This document shows positions 19,698 through 29,703 of a DNA stretch of 64,000 nt, piece by piece. This DNA is from Acidobacteriota bacterium (GTDB lineage: Bacteria > Acidobacteriota > UBA890 > WLXD01). Made by a program: the position numbers and the translations under genes. The notes beneath the pieces are model-generated. The model saw nothing but the letters and a program-made list of their open reading frames with translations, did no database searches and was not told where the DNA came from. Where the stretch lies: positions 2,112,001-2,176,000 of the forward strand of contig CBDFKD010000002.1 of the NCBI GenBank assembly GCA_965248695.1. The letters run 5' to 3'. Numbering within the stretch: the first letter of the stretch is position 1; each line of letters starts with the position of its first letter.

Positions 19698-20909
19698 TCA
19701 GGCCACGGCCGGTCCGGCGGCGCGTTGATCCTTGAAGAACAGCAAATAGGCCACAGCGCATAGCACTGTGATGGCGCAGGGTACCAGGAACACAGTGGTC
19801 CAATCGGTTACGCCGTCCACGGTGAATCGGCTTTGCACATAGCCGGCAAAGATGCTGCCAACGAAGCTGCCAACGCCGAGTGTGACGATCGCAATCAGGC
19901 TCTGGGCTGAAGCGCGGATGTCCTTCGGCGCCACCGAGTCGACATAGATGAACGCCGCAACAAAGAAGAAGACGAAGCAGAATCCGTGCAGCGTAAGCGA
20001 CGCCACCACGAGCCACCACGGCGAGCCGATGGCGAAGACCACATAGCGTATTGGCCAAGCGATGACTCCGAGGGCCAGTGTCGAACGCATTCCGTATCGT
20101 TTCAGGAACCACGACAGCATCACCGCCAGCACGAAGATCTCGGCGATCTGGGCCACCGTCATCACCGCCGGGACACGCGCCGGCGAAATTCCGATGATCG
20201 ACGACTGGAGATACGGCGCAGTCAGCACATAGTAGAACTGCAACTCGGTGGCAACGACGAACGAGATCAACATGAAGATGGCGAAGTCGCGATCCCGAAG
20301 CATGCGCAGGGCCTCCAGAAACGCCCAGGGCTTGCGGTCGTCTCGTCGCGGCGGCGTGTGTGGCAAGAGAAAAGACTGCAATCCCATTAGCACGGAGAAA
20401 CCGCCGGCTAGCAGGAACATGTCGCCACCCATCGCCTGTCCATTGGCACCGGCGTTGGCGCGCCAGCCGGCCAGCGCCCAGCCGGCCGCGATCCAGCCGA
20501 TCGTTCCCCAGACGCGAATCCTTCCGAAACCTTCCTCGGAGTTGTCCAGGTTGCTCATGGCGATCGAGTTGGTGAGCGCCAACGTCGGCGCGTACAGCAG
20601 GCAGTACAGGAACATGACGAGCGCCAGCGAGCGGTAGTCCGTTAACGTCGAGGCATAGAGCAACACGCCCCCACCGGCCAGCTGAAGCGCCGCGACGGTG
20701 TGCTCGGAGGCGAAGTACCGGTCCGCGATCTGGCCACCGATGAACGGCGCGATGATGGTGGCGAGCGGCAGTAGCGAGTAGATGAACCCGACCTGCGTCC
20801 CTTCGAAGCTCAGGTCGCCAAGGAGATACGCCGACAGCACCGGGGCCCAGGCGCCCCAGATGGCGTACTGCAGGAACATCATCAGGCCGAGCTGGAACCT
20901 GCCGCTCAT
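19698..20909 (-). CDS. MFS transporter, nucleoside:H+ symporter (NupG/YegT-like)
   Basis: MMFLQYAIWGAW, GQIADRYF, IRVWGTIGWI, LHGFCF, RASAQSL. Confidence 0.88.
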   Translation of the reverse strand: MSGRFQLGLMMFLQYAIWGAWAPVLSAYLLGDLSFEGTQVGFIYSLLPLATIIAPFIGGQIADRYFASEHTVAALQLAGGGVLLYASTLTDYRSLALVMFLYCLLYAPTLALTNSIAMSNLDNSEEGFGRIRVWGTIGWIAAGWALAGWRANAGANGQAMGGDMFLLAGGFSVLMGLQSFLLPHTPPRRDDRKPWAFLEALRMLRDRDFAIFMLISFVVATELQFYYVLTAPYLQSSIIGISPARVPAVMTVAQIAEIFVLAVMLSWFLKRYGMRSTLALGVIAWPIRYVVFAIGSPWWLVVASLTLHGFCFVFFFVAAFIYVDSVAPKDIRASAQSLIAIVTLGVGSFVGSIFAGYVQSRFTVDGVTDWTTVFLVPCAITVLCAVAYLLFFKDQRAAGPAVA

Positions 20910-21130
20910 GTGCTCTCGACTAGCCCCGAGGCGTAGACAGTTCCGTCCGTTGACAACGCGCTCAGACACGCACACGCGCAGCGATCAGGCGCGACACACG
21001 GGCAAGCCAGGCGAACGCCGGAGCATAGCAGCCGGCACGGAACTGCTCAAAGCCGCTGGCCTCTGGCGTAGCCGCCTGGCCGTGATTAGGATCCGTCACT
21101 CCCGCTCAGAAAGCTCTAGGAGGACGGCTG

Positions 21131-22198
21131 ATGGTTCGGTCCTGCGGCTACCTTGGCTACGTCGTTTCAGTCCTCGTCGCTGTCAGCACACTGAACGGCG
21201 CGGCGCCGCGACAAGCTGCGGCGCAGGAGGAGAGTCGCGGCGATCTCGTTTTCGCGTCGTCAACGATCACCTATCTGATTGGTGGCGGCGGTGACACACG
21301 GCTGGACGCGCCGGAGGTCGGTGTCAACGGCGTCTATGACGCGGCGATGAAGTACGAACTCAAGCGCGCCACGCTGGTCGGAAGGATGCTGATAACTGAC
21401 TTGGCCTTCGGAACCAACTCCCCAGGCTCGATTGATGCCGAATGGCGTCGGTCGGTAAAGGGCAAGCCGGCCAGGAAACTGGCGCGAGCCAGCGAGCCGC
21501 TCGGTGGCAACGATCGCTTTGTACGGTTCTTCGTCGACAAGCCCGCCCGGAAGCTGAAGAACGCCGTGTTGTCGGCGAATTACAAGGCCCGCAACGGACG
21601 CTATGTTGCGCCGTCCATGGTGCAGGTTGCTTCTGCGGTAGATCTCCGCGCATCGCTGGGACGCATAGGCAACGGGCCGAACGACGCCGGTGTCAAACTT
21701 GGAGACTACGACCAAGAGGGACTGCGGCTGTTGTCGAAGTCGGCCAACACGCAGGCGGTGTCGGCGTCGGCCAGCTACGAGCTTCAACCGGATGATTCCG
21801 GCGAGATCTTCTTCGCCCCTCCGGGCCCGATAGAGGCCGGCTACGAGCTGCTAGATGCGGCGGCGGAATTGGTGGGGACAACCCAGAAAGTCTGTATCAG
21901 GTTCCGTTTGTCCAACTCCACGCCGGGTAAGCCCTTCTTGGTGTCCGAGGCCTTGTTTTCAACCGTCCCTTCCGGGGGCGCAGGGACTCGCGTGCCCTTC
22001 GTGAAGTTCAAGAACAAGAAAGTCGGGGAGGACCTCGAGAAAACAATCAAACTCGACCCGCAGAACTTTCTGAACACCGTGCGAGACGGCGAGTTCGACC
22101 TCCTCATCAAAGCCGCCAACGACCCGGGCACACAGCTCTTCGTCGAAATGGAAATCACCGTTCCGGGAAACACCGCCGAAGGTAGGTTTGCGCGCTGA
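21131..22198 (+). CDS. Secreted hypothetical protein
   Basis: AGGAGG RBS; signal peptide; beta-rich, Lys-patch-containing mature region; no recognised motif. Confidence 0.65.
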   Translation: MVRSCGYLGYVVSVLVAVSTLNGAAPRQAAAQEESRGDLVFASSTITYLIGGGGDTRLDAPEVGVNGVYDAAMKYELKRATLVGRMLITDLAFGTNSPGSIDAEWRRSVKGKPARKLARASEPLGGNDRFVRFFVDKPARKLKNAVLSANYKARNGRYVAPSMVQVASAVDLRASLGRIGNGPNDAGVKLGDYDQEGLRLLSKSANTQAVSASASYELQPDDSGEIFFAPPGPIEAGYELLDAAAELVGTTQKVCIRFRLSNSTPGKPFLVSEALFSTVPSGGAGTRVPFVKFKNKKVGEDLEKTIKLDPQNFLNTVRDGEFDLLIKAANDPGTQLFVEMEITVPGNTAEGRFAR

Positions 22199-22276
22199 CG
22201 GAACTACGGGCTGGTCGGGCCTTGCGCCTACCCTGGTGCTTTCTGCGACCCCGAGCTCAGCGAAGCCTGGCGGCGG

Positions 22277-23893
22277 CTAAACGATCCTCTGCTGCACCGG
22301 GTCCCACTCGACCTTGCGACCGAGTTGGTACGACTTCGTCGCCATATGGCAGGTGATCGCTTCCTCCAGGCCACGATCGATGCTGCAGCTCGGCTCGCCA
22401 CCATGACGAACGGTGTCGAGCCAGTCCTTGATATGTAGCCAGTGCGTGCTCACCCGCCGGCCGCCTTGATAGGTGAATAGAAGCCCGCGGCTGGCGAAGT
22501 ACTCCTCGGTGGCCGTGGTGACGGCATCCAGCCCCTTGAAGCCGGGGCGATACGTCAGCAGCGGGCGATCGACATCGACCACCTGGCGCTCGATCAGATC
22601 CGCGTAGCGCGTTGACTGCGGCTCGGCGATCACGCGCACGCCGCTGCCCACTTCCATCGCCGCATCGTGCCCCATGAACACTTTGCCACGTCCGCGACCG
22701 CTGGCCAGCGTGGCGCTGTACACCAGGGTCAGATCGCGATCCGGATACTCGTACACGACCTGAAATACGTCGGGCACGTCGCGGCCGTCCTTGAAGAAGT
22801 AGATGCCTCCGGAGGCCACCGCCGACTTGGGAATGCCAAGGTTCATGATCTGGTTGAGGGCATCGTACTCGTGCGACAGCAGGTCGCCCGCCAGCCCGGT
22901 GCCGTAGTCGTACCAGCAACGCCAGCGAAAGAACCGCTCGAGGTTGAACGGCACTTGGTTGGCGGCGTTGCCCTGGAACTGTTCCCAGTCGATGGTGTGC
23001 GGGTTCCCTTCCGGGTGAATGTCCCACACCCAGGCCCCCCACGGATCGTTGCGGTTAGTGGTCGTCTCCACCAGGGTGATCTTGCCGAGGATCTCCTTCT
23101 CGATGATCTCGCGAGCTTTCTCGTGGCTCTCGAGCTGACGGTTCTGATGCCCGAGCTGGAACTTGATGCCCGACGACTTGACCGCCTCGACCATCGGCAG
23201 CACCTCTTCCTCGGCGCGGGTCATCGCCTTCTCGCAGTACACGTGCTTGCCGGCCGCGGCGGCGGCGATGGTCATGGGCGCGTGCCAGTGATCCGGCGTG
23301 GCGATCAGCACCGCGTCGACATCGGCCGAGTTGAGTAGCTCCTCGTAGTGTCGGAACCGGTACGCCGGTCGCGATCCCGGGGCGTTGGCCGGACGCGTTT
23401 CGTTGGCCGACGTTGCGATGGCGCGCTCGGCGCGAACGTCGAACACGTCACAGACACCGGTGAAAGCGACGTTGAGGTCGCCCTGCTGCATGAACTCGTC
23501 GAGCCGCGTGTTGCGCGGATCCTGGTCGGCGGCGAGGCGCCATTCTTCGGTGACCTCAGGGTGTGCGAAGCCAGCGCCGCGCATGAGCGCCTCACCCTCG
23601 CCACCGAAGCCGATGATCCCGAGGTTGATGCGCTCGGCGGGTGGTCGGCTCTGTGCGTGATCGATGATCGCCGGAGCATCGCCGGTTACACCGAGCTCGG
23701 CCAGTACCTGGTCGCGGCGCTCATCGGCCAACGCCTTCTTGCGCCATGCGCCCCAGCCGAGGGTGCCCAGTACGGGCAGCGACGCCAGCCCTTTGAAAAG
23801 GTCGCGCCGATCGATCGACTTGCCTTCGTTTCCGGTCTTGCCGAGTGTACCGCCCGTTTGCTGCGGCGCCCGGTCGTCGTCATCCGTGCTCAT
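22277..23893 (-). CDS. Gfo/Idh/MocA oxidoreductase with Tat-like N-terminal anchor and candidate FMN-attachment motif
   Basis: DRRDLFKGL plus hydrophobic stretch; GIIGFGGEG, IATPDHWH, YCEKAM, WRCWYDYGTGLAGDL; C-terminal DAVTTAT. Confidence 0.9.
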   Translation of the reverse strand: MSTDDDDRAPQQTGGTLGKTGNEGKSIDRRDLFKGLASLPVLGTLGWGAWRKKALADERRDQVLAELGVTGDAPAIIDHAQSRPPAERINLGIIGFGGEGEALMRGAGFAHPEVTEEWRLAADQDPRNTRLDEFMQQGDLNVAFTGVCDVFDVRAERAIATSANETRPANAPGSRPAYRFRHYEELLNSADVDAVLIATPDHWHAPMTIAAAAAGKHVYCEKAMTRAEEEVLPMVEAVKSSGIKFQLGHQNRQLESHEKAREIIEKEILGKITLVETTTNRNDPWGAWVWDIHPEGNPHTIDWEQFQGNAANQVPFNLERFFRWRCWYDYGTGLAGDLLSHEYDALNQIMNLGIPKSAVASGGIYFFKDGRDVPDVFQVVYEYPDRDLTLVYSATLASGRGRGKVFMGHDAAMEVGSGVRVIAEPQSTRYADLIERQVVDVDRPLLTYRPGFKGLDAVTTATEEYFASRGLLFTYQGGRRVSTHWLHIKDWLDTVRHGGEPSCSIDRGLEEAITCHMATKSYQLGRKVEWDPVQQRIV

Positions 23894-24381
23894 CCCGACT
23901 TCCCCTCGCGCCGCAGCAGTCTGCCGAGGCCCACAACGTCATCGGTAGGAAAGGCCCTGATGACCATCAGGGCCGCGATCTCGATCAGGGTCTTGTTGAC
24001 GATCACATACGACCCCTCGGCCGGGATCGCCGTCTCCAGCCCCGGCAGGGGCGGGTTGGCCAGATAGTAGAGCCCCAGCAGGATCATCCCCAGCAACGCT
24101 GCCAGTCGTGATCGCAGGCCCGCCACCAGCGCCAGGCCGATGAGCGTCAGGCCCCACTTGTTCAGCAGGTCGACCAACTGCAGGCGCCCAGGGTCGGACA
24201 CGAGCCACAGGAACCAGCTGGCAAACGGCCCCTGCGCTTCGGACAGAAAACCGGCTGAAGTCCAGTAAGAGTTGGTCAGCTTGGCGATGCCCTCGTAGAG
24301 CAGGTGCCAGCCAACCAGCATTCGCAAGGCTACCAGGGCCAGACTCTGCCCACTCCGGAACTGCGTAGCTGCAGCGGTCAT
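23890..24381 (-). CDS. DoxX/DoxD-like membrane protein
   Basis: LRMLVGWHLLYEGIAK, SAGFL, GLALVAGLRSRLA, IVNKTLIE; ATGA overlaps with both neighbours. Confidence 0.85.
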   Translation of the reverse strand: MTAAATQFRSGQSLALVALRMLVGWHLLYEGIAKLTNSYWTSAGFLSEAQGPFASWFLWLVSDPGRLQLVDLLNKWGLTLIGLALVAGLRSRLAALLGMILLGLYYLANPPLPGLETAIPAEGSYVIVNKTLIEIAALMVIRAFPTDDVVGLGRLLRREGKSG

Positions 24382-25436
24382 TGTTCTCCAGCGTGGGTAG
24401 CGATCCCAGGCTGACTCGACCACCTGGGCGATTTGAAGATGGAGCCGTCAGCGGCGACCGTCAGGCAAGCGGCGCCGGGTATCGACGCCACCAGGCGTGT
24501 TCGGTGTTCCGGCCCGGCCACGAACGCGGCCGTGGCCAACGCGTCGGCGGTCATCGCGGTGGCCGCCCGTACGGTCACGCCGCTGCAGTGCCCCGGCGAT
24601 CCACCGGTGGAGTCGACGATGTGGTGCAGCGTGCGATCGCGATCGAAGTAGATCTCGTAGCTTCCCGATGTGGCAACTGCGCCGTCGTGCAGCTGCAGGA
24701 TGTCGGGATACTTGCCGGCCTTGTCTGGATCCTGAACCGCGACGGTCCAGGGCGCCCGCCCGTCGCGACCTCCAGCGGTCCGGATGTCGCCACCGGCGTT
24801 GATCAGGTAGCTATCGGCGCCACGCGCTTCGAGCGCGTGGGCCATGCGGTCGACGATGAAGCCCTTCGCCATTCCGTCGAGCGTCACGGCGGTGCGCTCT
24901 CCTTGAAATCGGATATGGCGTCCGTCGATGTCCACGCCGGCGGCTTCGACACGAGCCCGGGCATCGACCAGCTCACTGGCGTTCGGAAGCCCGCTGGCTC
25001 CGGACTCGCGTTGCTGGCGCAGCAGATCCACCACCGGCGCCACCGCGATGTCGAACGCTCCGGCGGTCAGCAGCTCGAACCCGCGCGCTCGTCGGAGCAG
25101 GTACACCAATTCGTCGGGGGCGCGTCGCAACGTCCCGATGTCGTTGAGCACCCCCATCGCCGTCGCCGGCTCGTGCCGATTGAGGATGTCTATGAGGCGA
25201 TCCATCTCGGCCAGGGCGCCGCCAATCGCATCCTCGGCCAGCCCGCGCGACGCGTGCAGGGCGGACAACGAGACCACCGTCCCCATCGCCGGCACCGACT
25301 GAGACACCCGCCAGCCGGCGTCGACTGCCTCGGCCTCGGTGGTGAGCGGTCCCTCAATGCACTCGAAGCCCATCTCGAGCAAGCCAGCAAGCTTGCGAGC
25401 ACGGCGTTGCGAGTCGGTTTCGACGACGTCTGGCAC
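24378..25436 (-). CDS. apbE: FAD:protein FMN transferase (ApbE family), no lipoprotein signal
   Basis: AMGT, GAFDIAV, LDGMAKGFIVD, INAGGDI, AVATSGSYE, HHIVD, ADALATA. Confidence 0.92.
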   Translation of the reverse strand: MPDVVETDSQRRARKLAGLLEMGFECIEGPLTTEAEAVDAGWRVSQSVPAMGTVVSLSALHASRGLAEDAIGGALAEMDRLIDILNRHEPATAMGVLNDIGTLRRAPDELVYLLRRARGFELLTAGAFDIAVAPVVDLLRQQRESGASGLPNASELVDARARVEAAGVDIDGRHIRFQGERTAVTLDGMAKGFIVDRMAHALEARGADSYLINAGGDIRTAGGRDGRAPWTVAVQDPDKAGKYPDILQLHDGAVATSGSYEIYFDRDRTLHHIVDSTGGSPGHCSGVTVRAATAMTADALATAAFVAGPEHRTRLVASIPGAACLTVAADGSIFKSPRWSSQPGIATHAGEQ

Positions 25437-25588
25437 GATCGTAAGCAGGCCCGGTAGAGAGTTCGGGCGGGAGAATAGCAGCTGCGTATCACCGCCACAA
25501 AAGGAAACCGGACGCCCGTGACCCTCGTCCTACCTGGAAACAAGGCTTCTGTCCGGGTTCGCGCTGGCTGTAGAGCGAGAGGTGTGTC

Positions 25589-28036
25589 GTGGGTGATTTC
25601 GCACGAGATCTGAGGTTCGGTGTCCGCCAGCTGGTCAACAGCCCAGGGTTCACATTGGCCGCGGTGCTGTGCCTGGCGCTCGGGATCGGGGCGAACTCGG
25701 CAGCGTTCAGCTTCGTGCGCGGGTTTCTGTACCAGACGGCCCCAATTCGCGACCCCGAGAGCCTCGTGCGCATGTACCTCAACTACAACAACGGCCTCGG
25801 GTTCGGTTCCTGGTCGTACCCCGACATGGTCGACATGCGGGCCGCCACCACCGACGTGTTCGACGCGGTCCTGGCCGACACCATCGGCACGTTCAGCTTC
25901 AGCGCCGGTGGCCAGAGCCGCCGCATCTTCGGCACCTACGTCACCGCAAACCACTTCGAGGCCCTCGGCGTAGAACCGCAACTCGGGCGCGGCTTCCTGC
26001 CCGAGGAAGATCAAACCGAGGGTACCCATCCGGTGGCCGTCCTCAATCATCGGTTCTGGAGCGACGCCTTCGGCGCCGATCCGGAAGTCCTCGGGCACAC
26101 CATGCTGCTGAATGGCCGGGAGATAACCGTAGTCGGGGTAGCTCCAGCCAACTACGATGGCAACAACACCGCCATGCGTACGGAGCTTTGGATCCCGTTC
26201 AGCATGGAGCCGGCTCTGACTCCTTCGGGCTCCAACCTCGACCGTCGCGGCAACCACTGGATCCAATCGGCCACCGGCCGTCTGAGACCCGGTGTCACGT
26301 CGCAGCAAGCCAAGGCGGCGCTTGACGCCCTGTACGTGCGCCTGGAAGAACTGTATCCAGACACCAACACCGGTATCACGATCGATTTCTATCCGGAGAG
26401 CAAGGCATCGTTGCACCCCGCGGTCCGGGGTGGCTTCGTCGCCATGCTCTCGTTGCTGTCCGGCATCGTGGGCCTGGTGTTGCTGTTGGCGTGCGCCAAC
26501 GTCGCCGGCCTCCTGATCGCCAGGTCGACAGCGCGGACGCGAGAAGTGGGCATCCGCCTAGCCCTGGGAGCGGGACGCGGCCGCCTGATCCGCCAGCTGC
26601 TGACCGAGAGCGCCGTACTGTCGGTGCTGGGCGGTGGGCTCGGGGTACTCCTTGGCGTGGCGCTGATCGGCCTGGTGAAGTCGTTTCAGCCGCCGACGGA
26701 GCTGCCGCTTCGAATCGACGTCGGGATGGACGGCGCCGTGCTGGCGTTTACCTTCCTGGTCACCGCGGCTACCGGGCTGGTCTTCGGAATGGCACCGGCG
26801 ATCACCGCCACGCGCCAGGATCTGGTGGCGGCGCTCAAGGATGGCGCCCCCGGTTCGGGAGGGCACTCGACCCGTCTACGCGACGCGCTCGTCGTCGGCC
26901 AGGTGTCGTTGTGCCTGGTGTTGCTCGTTGCCGCCGGGATGGTTCTGCGCAGCCTGCAGCAGGTGCAGCGCCTGGATCTCGGCTTCAACCCGGACGGCCT
27001 GATCCACGCGAGCATCGATCCGGCGCTACAGGGATACCCGCTTGAGGAGCTCGACGCTTTCTTTGATGAGCTGCGAACGAACCTACTAGCCCAGCCCGGC
27101 ATCCAGTCGGTGGGTTACTCGGGAACGACGCCACTGTCGCTGATGAACAACCAAACGGGCGTGCTGCCCGAGGGATACGAGGTACCGGAAGGGCAGGATT
27201 GGCCTAGCCTCGACTACACCGAGGTGGATCACGGCTACTTCGCCGCCATGGGGATACCGATCCTGCGCGGCCGCTCATTCGCCGCCGCCGACGACCGCGA
27301 CGCAGCGCCCGTTGCGATCGTCAACCAGGCCTTCGCGGATCGTTTCTGGCCCGACGACAACCCGATCGGCAAGACAATCCGAAGCGGCGGAGAGGAGCGC
27401 GACGTTGTCGGCGTCGTGCCTACGGGCAAGTACTTCAGCCTCGGCGAGGATCCCAAGCCCTTCCACTACGGCGCCCGAGCCCAGCGGTACCGTGGCCAGC
27501 AGACCTTTGTCCACGTACGCACCGCCGGTGAACCCGCTGCGGCGCTCGAAACGGTGCGGCGGGCCATCCAGCAACGCGATCCGACCATGCCGGTTTCCGA
27601 CCTGAACACCGGGCACGGCGCCCTGGGTCTGGCCTTCTTGCCAGCCCATCTCGCCGCCGTCGTGGTGTCGGCGTTCGCCATTCTCGCTTTGTTGCTGGCA
27701 TCCGTCGGGCTATACGGCGTGATCTCGTTCAGCGTCGCACAGGGGATCCACGAGATCGGCGTCCGCATGGCGGTCGGCGCCCGGTCCGGCGACGTGGTTC
27801 GAACCGTAATGGTCCGCGGCGCACGATTGACGCTGATCGGGTTGGGGATTGGCTTGGGTGGCGGCCTGATGTTGTCGCGCGCTGCTGCCAACGTGCTGTA
27901 CGGGGTGAGCGCCACCGATCCGGCCGCCTACGCCGTAGGGGTGCTGGTTCTGAGCGCGGCGGCGGTCGCGGCGAGCTTCGTCCCGGCTCTGCGAGCGACG
28001 CGGATCGACCCGCTGGTGGCATTGCGCACCGACTAG
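25589..28036 (+). CDS. ADOP-family duplicated orphan ABC permease
   Basis: DLRFGVRQL...LALGIGAN, LLLACANVAGLL, EVGIRLALGA, EIGVRMAVGA, RATRIDPLVALR; no ATPase gene adjacent. Confidence 0.92.
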   Translation: MGDFARDLRFGVRQLVNSPGFTLAAVLCLALGIGANSAAFSFVRGFLYQTAPIRDPESLVRMYLNYNNGLGFGSWSYPDMVDMRAATTDVFDAVLADTIGTFSFSAGGQSRRIFGTYVTANHFEALGVEPQLGRGFLPEEDQTEGTHPVAVLNHRFWSDAFGADPEVLGHTMLLNGREITVVGVAPANYDGNNTAMRTELWIPFSMEPALTPSGSNLDRRGNHWIQSATGRLRPGVTSQQAKAALDALYVRLEELYPDTNTGITIDFYPESKASLHPAVRGGFVAMLSLLSGIVGLVLLLACANVAGLLIARSTARTREVGIRLALGAGRGRLIRQLLTESAVLSVLGGGLGVLLGVALIGLVKSFQPPTELPLRIDVGMDGAVLAFTFLVTAATGLVFGMAPAITATRQDLVAALKDGAPGSGGHSTRLRDALVVGQVSLCLVLLVAAGMVLRSLQQVQRLDLGFNPDGLIHASIDPALQGYPLEELDAFFDELRTNLLAQPGIQSVGYSGTTPLSLMNNQTGVLPEGYEVPEGQDWPSLDYTEVDHGYFAAMGIPILRGRSFAAADDRDAAPVAIVNQAFADRFWPDDNPIGKTIRSGGEERDVVGVVPTGKYFSLGEDPKPFHYGARAQRYRGQQTFVHVRTAGEPAAALETVRRAIQQRDPTMPVSDLNTGHGALGLAFLPAHLAAVVVSAFAILALLLASVGLYGVISFSVAQGIHEIGVRMAVGARSGDVVRTVMVRGARLTLIGLGIGLGGGLMLSRAAANVLYGVSATDPAAYAVGVLVLSAAAVAASFVPALRATRIDPLVALRTD

Positions 28037-28072
28037 GATCGCAATGTCGCCGCATGGGTTAGGCTCGGGACC

Positions 28073-29299
28073 ATGCCCCACGATCGGCTCGATGACGCGC
28101 TCGCAACGCGTGTAGACAGTCTGGAGGAGGCCGGAACCGCCAAGGGCGGCGAGTCTGTGGTGACGGCGGTCCTGGCACCGCGCGCCGACCGCGGCGCCCG
28201 CCTTCACCTGGCAGGCGAGGGCGATCGTGAGTTCATTCGAATGAACTCCAACTCGTATCTCGGGATGTCGCTACGACCCGAGGTGATCGAAGCCGAAGAA
28301 GAGGCGGCCGACCGCTACGGTGCAGGACCCGGCGCGCTTCGTTTCATCAGCGGCACGTACCAGCCGCACGTGGCGCTCGAGCGCCGGCTCGCCGACTTCC
28401 ATGGCCGCCAAGCCGGGATGATCTTCTCGGCTGCCTACGCCGCCATCATGGGGACACTGCTTCCGCTGATCACCAAGGAAACGATGGTCATCAGCGACGC
28501 GCTCAACCACAACTGCATCATCAACGCGATGCGGCTCTCACGGCCACTCGACAAGGCAATTTACCCGCACGTCGACATGGCGGCATTGGAGCAAACCATC
28601 GAGGCAGCAAAGAAGCGCGCCAAGCGGGCCCTGGTGATCACCGACGGGGTTTTCAGCATGCGCGGCGACCACGCACCGCTCGATACGATCATGGAGATCG
28701 CCGCGCGCCACGACGACGACTTCGACGAGAACTGCGTCGTTGTGGTCGATGACTCGCACGGAGTCGGCGCCTTCGGCGCCACCGGGCGCGGCACCGAGGA
28801 GTACTGTGGCGGCTCCCCAGCCGACGTGCTGGTCGGCACGCTCGGCAAGGCGCTGGGAGTAAACGGCGGCTACGTCGTTGGCTCCGACGCCTTGGTTCGT
28901 TTCCTCCGCGAGACCGCGCCGATGTACATCTATTCGAACCCGATCACGCCGTCGGAGGCGAGCGCAGCCACACGCGCGGTGGATCTCCTGGATTCTGAGG
29001 TCGGGCACCAGCTGCTGCGGAACTTGCGCCAGCTCACGGCACGATTTCAGCAGGGCCTCGCGGATCTCGGTCTGGAGACGATTCCCGGCGAGCACCCGGT
29101 GGTACCGCTCATGCTGCGAGATACGGAGCGCACCCACTCGACGGTGACGCACCTGTACGATCACGGCGTGCTGGCCACCGGGCTCGCGTATCCGGTTGTG
29201 CCGCGAGGGGACGAGGAGATCCGGTTCCAGGTCAACGCCGACCACACGTCGAGCGACATCGACGCAGTGCTGGGGATTCTCGCATCGGCGCCGTCCTAG
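28073..29299 (+). CDS. PLP-dependent alpha-oxoamine synthase (Kbl/BioF family)
   Basis: NSNSYLG, SDALNH, TDGVFSMRG, VDDSHGVG, GTLGKALG. Confidence 0.88.
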   Translation: MPHDRLDDALATRVDSLEEAGTAKGGESVVTAVLAPRADRGARLHLAGEGDREFIRMNSNSYLGMSLRPEVIEAEEEAADRYGAGPGALRFISGTYQPHVALERRLADFHGRQAGMIFSAAYAAIMGTLLPLITKETMVISDALNHNCIINAMRLSRPLDKAIYPHVDMAALEQTIEAAKKRAKRALVITDGVFSMRGDHAPLDTIMEIAARHDDDFDENCVVVVDDSHGVGAFGATGRGTEEYCGGSPADVLVGTLGKALGVNGGYVVGSDALVRFLRETAPMYIYSNPITPSEASAATRAVDLLDSEVGHQLLRNLRQLTARFQQGLADLGLETIPGEHPVVPLMLRDTERTHSTVTHLYDHGVLATGLAYPVVPRGDEEIRFQVNADHTSSDIDAVLGILASAPS

Positions 29300-29445
29300 G
29301 GCGTCCTGTCTTACTTGCGCTCCCGTCGTCGGCCTCGGCGCCGGTCCGCGCCCGAGAACGGCCACGTCGGAGGCCGACCAGAACCCCTGCGCCGCGTGGT
29401 ACTGCCGGAATCTTGTCGTTGTTCCTTAGCGTTGTTCTTTAACGT

Positions 29446-29504
29446 ATGCATATCTACATGCCTATCTATTATGTATAGGCCTTAATATGCATACTTATAT
29501 GCAT
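29446..29504. promoter_or_regulatory. vapBC promoter/operator inverted repeats
   Basis: ATGCATA-N4-TATGCAT (29487-29504), degenerate copy at 29446-29463 and GCCTAT..ATAGGC, within an AT-rich patch abutting the vapB start. Confidence 0.65.
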
Positions 29505-29700
29505 GCGAACAACCCTCAATATCGACGATGGCCTCGTGCGGCAGGCAGGAGAGTTAACCGGTATCCGCGAGAAGACAGCGCTCGTGCGCGCCGGTCTCGA
29601 GGCGTTGATCGCCCGGGAGAGCGCCCGCCGGCTGGCAAAGTTGGGCGGCTCGGAGAGAACCGTCGAGCTCATACCGGCACGCCGACCACGGGGTGTGTAG
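29503..29700 (+). CDS. vapB: Type II TA antitoxin, VapB family
   Basis: MRTTLNIDD...EKTALVRAGLEALIARESARRLAKLGG. Confidence 0.88.
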   Translation: MRTTLNIDDGLVRQAGELTGIREKTALVRAGLEALIARESARRLAKLGGSERTVELIPARRPRGV

Positions 29701-29703
29701 CCG

